Below, in pieces: positions 5,980-14,798 of a stretch of DNA of 16,952 nt. The position numbers and the translations under genes are program-made. Location: the NCBI GenBank assembly GCA_029856435.1, contig JAHQXB010000142.1:1-16952 (forward strand). Direction: 5' to 3'. The notes beneath the pieces were generated by a model. It did not search any database and was not told the DNA's origin. It saw only the letters and a list, made by a program, of their open reading frames with translations. Numbering within the stretch: position 1 is the first letter of the stretch; the number at the start of each line of letters is the position of its first letter. Origin of the DNA: Candidatus Jordarchaeia archaeon. Its GTDB lineage: Archaea; Asgardarchaeota; Jordiarchaeia; Jordiarchaeales; Jordiarchaeaceae.

Positions 5980-6669
5980 CTAACTTATACTAAACTCTGT
6001 TCCTGCTAGCCATTCTACTCTTATTTCATCACCTGGCTTCATTTTCCTGAAATTGGTTTTGGGAGCTACGGTTTGGGCATGGGTAAAGAAGTAGTCTATT
6101 TCATGCTCGGTTTTAATATGCATGGGTATGGCCAGCTGTGGTTTAATGTCTGCGATGGCGTTTAGTGATTGGCTACTGTTAAAGGCTTCTGTTTCGTCTA
6201 CTCCAATAAGCAAAACATCGATTGGATACTGTTCTAATAGTCCCTTAGTCATGGCATCCCCGAGGTTTGCTACTCGCACTTTGTCTATTTCTACTATGAA
6301 GCATAGATTGGGGGTGTTAATTGGCTCTCTGGATGGGCCGTGCCTAAGTTCCAGAGCTGTTATTTTTATGTTAGGTCTCTCAAAGGTTTCTCCGCTTTGT
6401 ATTTTCCTTACAAGCCATTCCGGCGCGCCTTCCTTTAGGGCTACTTTGATAGTTTGCTCGTCCCCCAGCAGGAATGCCTTTTGTTTTGCGGAAAGTTGGG
6501 CGGCGTTACCCAAATGATCCCTATGCTCATGCGATACACAGATAATATTTGTTTTTTCAGACTCGGGCACCAATGCTTTATTACTCACTATACCTGGATC
6601 GAAAATAACGCTGACCTTAGGCGAGTAGAATTTGAATGCCGCGTGGCCAAAGTACTTTAATACTGGCAT
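5980..6669 (-). CDS. Metallo-beta-lactamase-fold metal-dependent hydrolase (UPF0173/UlaG-like)
   Basis: Motifs YFGHAAF, IFDPG, HEHRDH (HxHxDH), LGDA and terminal IPMH. The start is placed at ATG 6669 (GGTGA 7 nt upstream) rather than 6708. Confidence 0.9.
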   Translation of the reverse strand: MPVLKYFGHAAFKFYSPKVSVIFDPGIVSNKALVPESEKTNIICVSHEHRDHLGNAAQLSAKQKAFLLGDEQTIKVALKEGAPEWLVRKIQSGETFERPNIKITALELRHGPSREPINTPNLCFIVEIDKVRVANLGDAMTKGLLEQYPIDVLLIGVDETEAFNSSQSLNAIADIKPQLAIPMHIKTEHEIDYFFTHAQTVAPKTNFRKMKPGDEIRVEWLAGTEFSIS

Positions 6670-7111
6670 ATCCAAATCACCAATTTTCATATTCGGTAAT
6701 ATCATCAAAAGGTTAGGCTTTTCGCATAATTTTTTGAGTGCTTAAAAACAATGATTGAAGTTTGTCATTAATTATGATAAGAAAATTGGCTGTATTTCTA
6801 GGTTTTGGTTACCTAAAAGATACATAGTATACAATTATTTTTTTATCTGAGTTCTCGACAAGAAAATTTTTAGTTTGCATGAGAAAAGTTTGTTTGGGCC
6901 TTAAAATTAGGTCTGTGGTCTGAATTCTTCAAATTCATTTCCTCATCTATGGTGTTCGTAGTGGAAAAATAAGTCTCCATAAAAAAGCCTCTCCGGGGAG
7001 GATAAATCAAACGAAGCAGTACCGCTTCTTAAAAGTTGCTGGGAAGAAATAAATAGCTTTAGGTTGAATATTCTATACGAGTTCTGATATTTTTCTCGTG
7101 GTGAAAATACC

Positions 7112-7678
7112 TTGGGAGAAAAATATGGCAAACCACCGAATGAGCCATTAGACACTCTGTCTCTGGATGAAAGGTTTGACAAGGTCGAAGAAGTTACAAT
7201 AATTGAACTTGAAGAACTAGCTGATGCCTTAGAGTTCCTTTTAGACTTGCAGCCGCATGTCTGCGCAATCAGAGGCAGCGACTACCCCTGTATACTCTGC
7301 GAAAATAAATGTGATGTCGGACAGTGCAAAGAAGTAAAGGTTATGCGTGGAAAAGGCCAAAAAACAGTTAACAGCTCCCTACTATCCCTCAACTTTGAAA
7401 AGAGAGATGCCTTCGAAGAATACCTGATTAGTAAACTGGTTCGAGAACTGGTTCGGGAGAAACTTAACGTTATGAACCCTGAGGAAGGTTACGACATAAC
7501 ATTCTTCTTTAAACAGGAAGACCGTTGGAGAAAAGACGAGATTATAGTCTTCATACTAGGACTGTTTGATAAAGTGAAAACACTGATGCCAGAAGCTAAA
7601 GCGGTAATAAACACTTGGATAAGAAACAAAGTAAAAGCCTTTGAAAGAGATGAAACCCTTAAAAAAATGAAAGAATAG
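7112..7678 (+). CDS. Hypothetical protein with Cys cluster (188 aa)
   Basis: TTG start 8 nt after GGTGA and a protein-like composition. Cluster H-x-C-x8-C-x2-C-x3-C-x4-C. Confidence 0.78.
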   Translation: MGEKYGKPPNEPLDTLSLDERFDKVEEVTIIELEELADALEFLLDLQPHVCAIRGSDYPCILCENKCDVGQCKEVKVMRGKGQKTVNSSLLSLNFEKRDAFEEYLISKLVRELVREKLNVMNPEEGYDITFFFKQEDRWRKDEIIVFILGLFDKVKTLMPEAKAVINTWIRNKVKAFERDETLKKMKE

Positions 7679-7801
7679 TGGAGTTTTCCCACGAACGGCA
7701 TTTTCATAGTTTCTCTGTGAAGCACACTTGTCTCAATCCAAGTGACAGGTTCTCATTAATGTTTACCAAAATGTAGAAGGATTGATTTTACTAAAAGGTA
7801 T

Positions 7802-9043
7802 TTAATCCTCAGTAGGCAGTAGTTCCTCAGTCTTTCCTGTTATTGCATTTATCTGTTGTTGTATAGTTCTCATTTCTCCCCGAATTTTTGCTCTTTGGGC
7901 GGCGTACTCTGCTTTTTGTAATGCTCCAGACTGGTACCTTTTAGTAATGTAGTCCAACTGGTTCTGGAGCGAGCGCATTCTTGAATTTAAGCTTTCTAGT
8001 TCTTCACGTTTAGCAGCGTCAGTTATTAGAGACGAGGATACAGGTACTGAATGGGTAACTGTCCGGATTGTTTCAGAAGGCGTAATACCTTGACTCAGCA
8101 CTCGTGCAGCAAACTCTCTAAACTCATCTATGAATGCGTCAAACCTCTTTCTTAAGGTTGTAACCTCGGTCATTAACTTGTCAATTTGGGGGGTGTACGC
8201 AGCGGCTATAGGCTGCGGAGCTTTTGAAATATCCTCCATAGGCCTCGCTGTCAATACGGGTTTAATTCTCTCTTCACCTGATGCAACATCCGTAGAGACG
8301 CTAGGTTCCACTACTGCCTCACTAATCTTTTCCTTATCTAGTATAGCAAGGGCTTCTTTGGGCTTTGAAGGTGTAAGTATCCATCTAAAGATGTTTTTTG
8401 CTAAAACCATATTTTGCGAGGTGTTGAGTCCACCCATTATCCTATCTCTAAAAATTTCGTATGAACCTAGAGCGGCAACTCTACCATTTCCATAATTAGC
8501 AACTGCTAGGATGATGGCATCTGGAGGTTCAGCGGTTCTACTCGTAATTGCTAAGGCTTCTGCTTCTCCCACAATTTTTATGCTACAACCTGCGGAATAG
8601 CATAATTCTGTTATTCCCTCTGTGACGGGGTGATCCTTAAACTTGGTAATTTTTGGTAGGTTCTCCAAACCCAAGTTTTGTCTCTCATCAGTTACTTGGT
8701 TATTCTGAAAAGATATTCCAAAATTCTCAGCCAGCTCATTAAGATTGGTTCTCAGTCCCCGGTCACCGCCAGCATGGCTTAATAAAACTACGCCACCACC
8801 TCTGGAAACGTAATCTAAAACCGCTCGGATTTCACCCGGCTGCAGTTTAGACTGGTCTGGACAAGGGAATACCACAGCGTCAAAATCCTTCAATTTCTCT
8901 AACGTGATTGGAAAATCAACGAATCTTATACTCTGAATACCCTCAGTTTCCAGTACTCCTTTGAGTGCAGCATAACTTGTTGTAATGCGCCCACGTTCTT
9001 TCTGCGTTTCGTCAAATAGCACTCGCCACTTAATTTCAGCCAA
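7802..9043 (-). CDS. GIFT/IFT52-N-like (GldG/DUF4350-type) domain protein with C-terminal coiled coil and helical hairpin
   Basis: Motifs VLFDETQKE, ITLEKLKDFD, LDYVSRGGGVVLL..GG...TNLNELAENFGI, GRVAALGS..IF.D and NIFRW, followed by a low-complexity linker and helical C-terminus. TTG start after AGGAGG. Confidence 0.8.
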   Translation of the reverse strand: MAEIKWRVLFDETQKERGRITTSYAALKGVLETEGIQSIRFVDFPITLEKLKDFDAVVFPCPDQSKLQPGEIRAVLDYVSRGGGVVLLSHAGGDRGLRTNLNELAENFGISFQNNQVTDERQNLGLENLPKITKFKDHPVTEGITELCYSAGCSIKIVGEAEALAITSRTAEPPDAIILAVANYGNGRVAALGSYEIFRDRIMGGLNTSQNMVLAKNIFRWILTPSKPKEALAILDKEKISEAVVEPSVSTDVASGEERIKPVLTARPMEDISKAPQPIAAAYTPQIDKLMTEVTTLRKRFDAFIDEFREFAARVLSQGITPSETIRTVTHSVPVSSSLITDAAKREELESLNSRMRSLQNQLDYITKRYQSGALQKAEYAAQRAKIRGEMRTIQQQINAITGKTEELLPTED

Positions 9044-9221
9044 TGGTGAGCCTCCTATTACGTAAGTGATGTAAACTAAGTTTATAAATTGATTTTTTAA
9101 TCACTCTAAAAGATATTTTTAGAAATAAAGCTTTTAATCTTTTTTATACGAATGTTCAAAAAATTATTTTTAACACTCAATGGCTGTTACCCCTTTTAGT
9201 ACATTTTATAATAAGCTTTGT

Positions 9222-9653
9222 TTAAAAATCTAGAAGATAAAGTCCTGTGGCGTTATCTTTAGCCCGTGTTATCTTTTTGTCTATTTCTACTAAAAATATT
9301 TCACAAGTGACTGAAACAACGCATCCCTTAAGCACATGTCCGCCAAAAGCTTTTCCTTCCCGGTCGCCTACTACAACATGAGCGTGGACCATCACTTCTC
9401 CTTCTCTGTAGGAAACATTTCCAATGCATGATAACAATTCCAAATCTGATTCCAACTTCACGGATTTATATTCACCCTCTTCAAAAAAACCAATATTGGC
9501 CTTTGATAAAGCTCCAATGGCGCTAAAAAGGCCGGAAACTATTTCATATTTTTTAGCTAATTCACTTAACGCCTCTAATAGATCCTCTCCTTTTTCTAAT
9601 CTTGCAACAATAATCCTTCTAGAATTCGACTCAATTGATTTCAACTTCTTCAC
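9222..9653 (-). CDS. PPC domain-containing protein (DUF296/AF0104 family)
   Basis: Motifs RLEKGEDLL, SAIGAL, ELLSCIGN and HAHVVVGDREGKAFGGHV, which are typical of PPC/DUF296. Confidence 0.92.
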   Translation of the reverse strand: MKKLKSIESNSRRIIVARLEKGEDLLEALSELAKKYEIVSGLFSAIGALSKANIGFFEEGEYKSVKLESDLELLSCIGNVSYREGEVMVHAHVVVGDREGKAFGGHVLKGCVVSVTCEIFLVEIDKKITRAKDNATGLYLLDF

Positions 9654-9858
9654 CCTTATAAATCGTGGAGGACAAAAGTCTAATTTTTGACGTCCACCGT
9701 TTTTTAGATGAATAATTTTTTAACCTTAGGTTAGACTTATTTATGTTTCTCACACTTCAATAATATAGTCTTGATTCTATCCTCAAATCTACCAATTGAT
9801 ATAAGGAATTCATTCACAAAGGGTGTTAGCCAAAGAAAAAACGCTGGGAGACCAAAAA

Positions 9859-12525
9859 ATGAGTGAAAAAGTAGGTCTTCTTAAATATATGCAAAAAGAA
9901 CCTACGCCCAAAAAGGAACCTTCTCAAGAAAAAATAGAGGAAATCGAAACCGAAGTTGATGAGGAGGTGAGTGGCGATGAGGAGGAAGAAGTGGAGGTAA
10001 AGTTTGAGGGATTGCCCTACTTTTGCCCCGAAAATTACGGTCCAGGTTTAGTTCTATCGGTGGAGTACGATGGAAAAAGCAATCTGGCATTCGCGCGTTT
10101 ATACGACCCCAAAACCAAAAAGCTCTTTTGCTGGTATGATAATACCAACCACCATCCCTACTGCTACTCCGACCTTGACTGCGAAAAATTACGACAGAAT
10201 AAAAAACTGATGAGCCACGAAGGCTTACTAAACTTTGAAGAAGTCGAAAAATACGATTTGCTCTCCGACAAAACCGTAAAAATGACAAAAATTGTGGCAA
10301 AAGACCCACTAGCCATAGGCGGCAAAACCAACTCCATAAGAGAAATTCTGCCCAAAGCTTGGGAAGCCAGAATCAGATATCACGACAATTTCATCTTCGA
10401 CAGAAACATAATCCCCGGACTCTTCTACCAAATAGAAAAAGGAAACATAATAAAAACTACCACCGAAATTCCCAGCCCCATAAAAAAACAATTGGAAACC
10501 GCCCTAGGAGAAACAAACAAATTCAGAGATGTGCTCGACGAGTTCCTCCCCCTATTCCTAACCCCAGTACCCGACATAAAAAGAGCCGCCATAGACATAG
10601 AAGTCTACTCCCCCATCCAAGACAGAATACCCGACTCATCAACCGCAGAAAACCAAGTAATATGCATATCAATAGTTTCCAGCGAAAACGAGAACAGAAT
10701 TTTGCTCCTAAGGAGAGAAGACGTCGAAGCCGGAGAACGGCCCAAAGGCCTACCCCAAGATGTCAAAATAGAATACTTCAACAGCGAACCCCAAATGTTA
10801 AAAAGGGCCTTCGAAGCCATGAGCGAATACCCCATAATAATCACCTTTAACGGCGACAACTTCGACTTAAGGTACCTATACAACAGAGCCGTCAGACTGG
10901 GCGTCAAAAAAGAAGAAATACCCATAATCCTAACAAACGAATTCGCCTACATGACCACAAGCATCCACATCGACCTATACCGATTCTTCCACAACCGATC
11001 CATCCAAGTCTACGCATTTTCAGACCGCTACAAAGAAGAAACACTGGACGCCATATCAAAAGCCCTACTAAACGTTGGAAAACTCACCCTCAACAAATCA
11101 ATCCACAAATTATCCCTCCTAGAACTCGCATACTATTGCTGGTGGGACTCCCAAGTCACCCTCAAACTAACACAATTCGACGGCAACCTAGTCATGAAAC
11201 TAATCATCCTACTAATGCGCATCTCCCGACTATCCGCAGAAGACCTAACAAGACAAGGAGTATCTTCCTGGATAAAAAACCTGTTCTACTACGAACACCG
11301 CATAAGAAACTACCTCATACCCCTCCCAGAAGACATAAACCGCATAAAAGGAATCGGCGAAACCAAAGCAATCATCAAAGACAAAAAGTTTAGAGGAGCA
11401 ATCGTAGTTGAACCAGAGGCAGGAGTCCACTTCAACGTAGCAGTACTCGACTTCGCCTCCCTTTATCCCAGCATCATAAAAGAATACAACCTGAGCTACG
11501 AAACCGTAAGATGCCCACATCCAGAATGCAGAAAAAACATCGTTCCAGAAACAAACCACTGGGTATGCACAAAACGCAACGGAATAACCTCCATAATAAT
11601 AGGCTTCCTAAGAGACATACGCGTAAAATGGTTCAAACCAAAATCCAAAGACCGCACACTAAAAGAAGAGGAGCGAATATGGAACTCCATAGTCGAAAGA
11701 GCACTAAAAGTGTACCTAAACGCCAGCTACGGAGTCTTCGGCGCCGAACACTTCCCCTTCTATTGCTTACCAGTAGCCGAAAGCACCGCAGCCATCGGAA
11801 GATACGCCATCCAGAGAGCCATAGGCAAAGCCAAATCCCTAGGAATGAAAATAATATACGGCGACACCGACAGCGTCTTCATAAAAAACCCTTCACCCCA
11901 ATCCATTGAAGAACTCAGAAACTGGAGCAAAAAGGAACTCCAAATAGACCTTGAATTGGATAAGGAATACCGCTACGTAGCGTTATCCGACCGTAAGAAG
12001 AATTATCTTGGAGTCTTCAGAGATGGCTCCGTGGACATAAAGGGCCTCACTGGAAAAAAGAGAAACACTCCCCAATTCGCCCAGGAATCCTTCCTCAAAA
12101 TGGTAGAAACCCTAAGCCGGGTCCAATCTCAAGAAGACTTTGACAAAGCCAAAAAAGAAATTCAAGAAATTGCGAGAACCTGCTACAACAAAATAAAAAA
12201 CAAAGAATTCAGCCTAGAAGAGTTTGCATTCCACATACAAATAAATAAACCTCTTCACAGCTATGTTAAGACTACCCCGCAACACGTAAAGGCGGCGAGG
12301 CAACTTACCAAGAATGGGAAGGAGCTTAAACCTGGTGATATAATCTCATTTGTGAAGGTCAGGGGTAAAGATGGTGTACGGCCGGTGGAACTTGCAAGTA
12401 AAGAGGAGATTGATACTGAAAAGTATCAAGAGTACCTTAAATCTACTTTTGAGCAGGTGTTGGATGCGATAGGTATAGATTTCCAAAAAATCATTGGGGT
12501 CACTAGGCTAGATATGTGGGTATAG
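9859..12525 (+). CDS. polB: Family B DNA polymerase (PolB1-type, archaeal)
   Basis: Exonuclease motifs DIEV, FNGDNFD and YCWWD. Polymerase motifs DFASLYPSII, K..LNASYG, YGDTDS and KKNY. No intein. ATG 9859 (GGAG upstream) is preferred over GTG 9823. Confidence 0.97.
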   Translation: MSEKVGLLKYMQKEPTPKKEPSQEKIEEIETEVDEEVSGDEEEEVEVKFEGLPYFCPENYGPGLVLSVEYDGKSNLAFARLYDPKTKKLFCWYDNTNHHPYCYSDLDCEKLRQNKKLMSHEGLLNFEEVEKYDLLSDKTVKMTKIVAKDPLAIGGKTNSIREILPKAWEARIRYHDNFIFDRNIIPGLFYQIEKGNIIKTTTEIPSPIKKQLETALGETNKFRDVLDEFLPLFLTPVPDIKRAAIDIEVYSPIQDRIPDSSTAENQVICISIVSSENENRILLLRREDVEAGERPKGLPQDVKIEYFNSEPQMLKRAFEAMSEYPIIITFNGDNFDLRYLYNRAVRLGVKKEEIPIILTNEFAYMTTSIHIDLYRFFHNRSIQVYAFSDRYKEETLDAISKALLNVGKLTLNKSIHKLSLLELAYYCWWDSQVTLKLTQFDGNLVMKLIILLMRISRLSAEDLTRQGVSSWIKNLFYYEHRIRNYLIPLPEDINRIKGIGETKAIIKDKKFRGAIVVEPEAGVHFNVAVLDFASLYPSIIKEYNLSYETVRCPHPECRKNIVPETNHWVCTKRNGITSIIIGFLRDIRVKWFKPKSKDRTLKEEERIWNSIVERALKVYLNASYGVFGAEHFPFYCLPVAESTAAIGRYAIQRAIGKAKSLGMKIIYGDTDSVFIKNPSPQSIEELRNWSKKELQIDLELDKEYRYVALSDRKKNYLGVFRDGSVDIKGLTGKKRNTPQFAQESFLKMVETLSRVQSQEDFDKAKKEIQEIARTCYNKIKNKEFSLEEFAFHIQINKPLHSYVKTTPQHVKAARQLTKNGKELKPGDIISFVKVRGKDGVRPVELASKEEIDTEKYQEYLKSTFEQVLDAIGIDFQKIIGVTRLDMWV

Positions 12526-12658
12526 AGATTTCCTAGTTAAAATTAATAAGACAGAACATTACTATTACTTCTATTAAGTGTTCTTGTTTAACGTAAACTA
12601 TTTATCAAATATTTGCGTCTTAATATATTAACTGTAAAAATTTTATGAGGCTTTAACT

Positions 12659-13669
12659 ATGGAGCAAGTTCGTAATTTGCTTATTCGGAATGTTCTGCCT
12701 ATAATGAGCCCTGACACTATGAAGGAGGAAAGCGCTGACTCCTTTCTTGCAACGTTCGGGGGATATATGAAACAGATTGCCGCAGTCGCCAAGCATGATT
12801 CTGGTTTTGCCTTATATGAAAGTAACGTGGCTCCTATACATGAAAAGTATGGCGACTTCTTTTCGACGGTTGCGAAGATTACTGAGGCTGCAGGAATTAA
12901 GCTCTATGCGGTTATTTACACCTTTGTAGACAACTACTATGGTGTGGATCCCTCCTATAAGACTTATAATGCTAACGGTGTGGCTAACGAGTATTATGTC
13001 TGCCCCGCCAGGGAGTCCTTCTGGGCTTATCTTAAAAGTGTTACTGAGGAAGTGATTCGGTTTCCTATTGCTGGCATTATACTACTGGGCAATACCTTTG
13101 TGAGGCAGGAGTTTTGCTTCTGTGAGAGTTGTAAAAAGGAGTTCTCAGCAGCGGCGGGAATAGATACGTCTTTCACATGGGATGGATTGAGGGATAATGA
13201 TCAACTCTTTTCCAAGTGGCTGGATTGGCGAGCTGAAAAAATGTACAATGCTCTTTCGGGAATCTATAGTGTAGCTAAGAAGAAGGAGGGATTGGACTTC
13301 TTAATTGGTGTTGATATTGATCCCGAAGTGGGCTACGAGAAGGGTGCCTTCAGGCAGCTTGGACAGGACGTGGAGGCGCTTTCTGGGATATCGGGGCACT
13401 TGCTAGTCAGCATTAACCCGTGGTCTCCTATCTTGCCTAGTCCCGGCTCACCGGAGTATAATATTGAGATTGAGAAAATGAGGTTCATTGATAACATAAC
13501 TGCCCGCAGAAGGAAGGTTTCCTTCAAGTATTGGACTCTGATTAATGAGAATGATTTTGATACGGTTAAGAGTATAGCCACCAGATTCAAAGCCACCAAA
13601 ATAGTTTCGGATTTGGACTTTCCTGAAAAGTACAGAATTTGGAGAGAAGCGCACCTAAGCATAGCTTAA
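12659..13669 (+). CDS. Glycoside-hydrolase-like TIM-barrel protein (GHL10/GHL6-like), possibly non-catalytic
   Basis: Motifs AKHDSGFALYES, DFF...AEAAGIKLYA-like segment, VCPARESFWAYL, CFCESC...F and WLDWRAE. The usual acidic D-G-I-x-L-D strand reads AGIILLGN. Confidence 0.72.
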   Translation: MEQVRNLLIRNVLPIMSPDTMKEESADSFLATFGGYMKQIAAVAKHDSGFALYESNVAPIHEKYGDFFSTVAKITEAAGIKLYAVIYTFVDNYYGVDPSYKTYNANGVANEYYVCPARESFWAYLKSVTEEVIRFPIAGIILLGNTFVRQEFCFCESCKKEFSAAAGIDTSFTWDGLRDNDQLFSKWLDWRAEKMYNALSGIYSVAKKKEGLDFLIGVDIDPEVGYEKGAFRQLGQDVEALSGISGHLLVSINPWSPILPSPGSPEYNIEIEKMRFIDNITARRRKVSFKYWTLINENDFDTVKSIATRFKATKIVSDLDFPEKYRIWREAHLSIA

Positions 13670-13782
13670 CCCCTCTTGTAGGGAAAAACCCTCTCACGCC
13701 TTTTTCCCATTTTTTCACTATTTTTGTTCCCGAAAACAATTAATAAATGAAGCTTATGTAAAAATTAATTACTTTTTGGAGG

Positions 13783-14694
13783 TTGAGCCGTATTAAGATA
13801 CAGGGTGTTATACCTGCTATGGTTACTCTTTTCGACGAGGAGCAGAGATTGGACGAAACAGCTATGCGGGAACATGTAGAGTTTCTGCTGGATAGGGGTG
13901 TTCACGGAATTTTTTGTTTGGGTAGTATGGGTGAGTTTGCCTATTTGTCTGAGGAGGAGAGAAACAAAACTGTTAAAATTGTGGTGGAACAAGTGGCTGG
14001 AAGGGTTCCGGTTATTGTGGGGACAAGCCATTTTAGCACTAGGGTTTCCATAAGGCTTTCCCATGAGGCAGAAAAACTTGGTGCCGACGCTGTGATGTCT
14101 GTTTTAGTTCCCTATTTCCCCCTAACCGAGGAAATGGTCTACAACTACTACAAGAAACTGGCGGAGGAAGTAAATATACCTGTTTTTATTTATAATTTCC
14201 CAATGGTTACTAGATTCGATATAAGCCCCGAAACCATTGCCAAGTTAGCTGAAATTGATAATGTTGTGGGTTTAAAGGACACGGTTATAGACGCAAATCA
14301 TACCAAAAGAGTTTTGGAACTTGCTCCCAAGGACTTTATAGTAATGCCTGGAAGCGAGCTAACTTTACAGGCATCACTGGAAGCGGGAGCAAAGGGGGCA
14401 ATCTTTGGAACCTCAAACATTGAACCCAAACCTCTATGCGAGGTTTTCAAGCTATATAATTCTGGAAACGTGGAAAAAGCGAAGGCGTATATACCTGAAG
14501 CCACAAAACTCTTAGAATTACTACTCGTAGCTCCGATGGAGTGTGGGCCTTCCCTAATAAAAAATGCAATGATGCTCTATGGTAGAAAAATATGCACGGT
14601 GGTTAGAAGTCCACTGCCGCAAATAAACGCGGAGCAACTTGAAAAATTGAAACTTACTATGGAAAAGCTTGGGCTTCCCCATAAGGAACAGTGA
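13783..14694 (+). CDS. DHDPS/N-acetylneuraminate-lyase family aldolase, YagE/KDG-aldolase-like
   Basis: Motifs GVIPAMVTLF, LGSMGEF, IYNFP (Tyr) and VVGLKDT (Schiff-base Lys). Lacks the DapA-specific Arg after YNxP. TTG start directly after GGAGG, so the exact start is uncertain. Confidence 0.9.
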   Translation: MSRIKIQGVIPAMVTLFDEEQRLDETAMREHVEFLLDRGVHGIFCLGSMGEFAYLSEEERNKTVKIVVEQVAGRVPVIVGTSHFSTRVSIRLSHEAEKLGADAVMSVLVPYFPLTEEMVYNYYKKLAEEVNIPVFIYNFPMVTRFDISPETIAKLAEIDNVVGLKDTVIDANHTKRVLELAPKDFIVMPGSELTLQASLEAGAKGAIFGTSNIEPKPLCEVFKLYNSGNVEKAKAYIPEATKLLELLLVAPMECGPSLIKNAMMLYGRKICTVVRSPLPQINAEQLEKLKLTMEKLGLPHKEQ

Positions 14695-14798
14695 AATGGA
14701 AAAACAAATCCCAGTTACATTCCCTCATAAACTCCTTTTTTCGCATCACAACTGGATGGAATTTGTATTATATCTCGGATTCTATTAGGAATTGCGTC

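Noticed and set aside
9902-11909. Long overlapping or antisense ORFs within polB, and similar shadow ORFs within the other genes
   Set aside because: They are explained by codon bias of the real CDS (the A/C-rich block depletes stops in some frames) and show no protein motifs.
9859-12525. Intein or inactivated polymerase
   Set aside because: Length and motif spacing are normal, and all exonuclease and polymerase catalytic aspartates are present.
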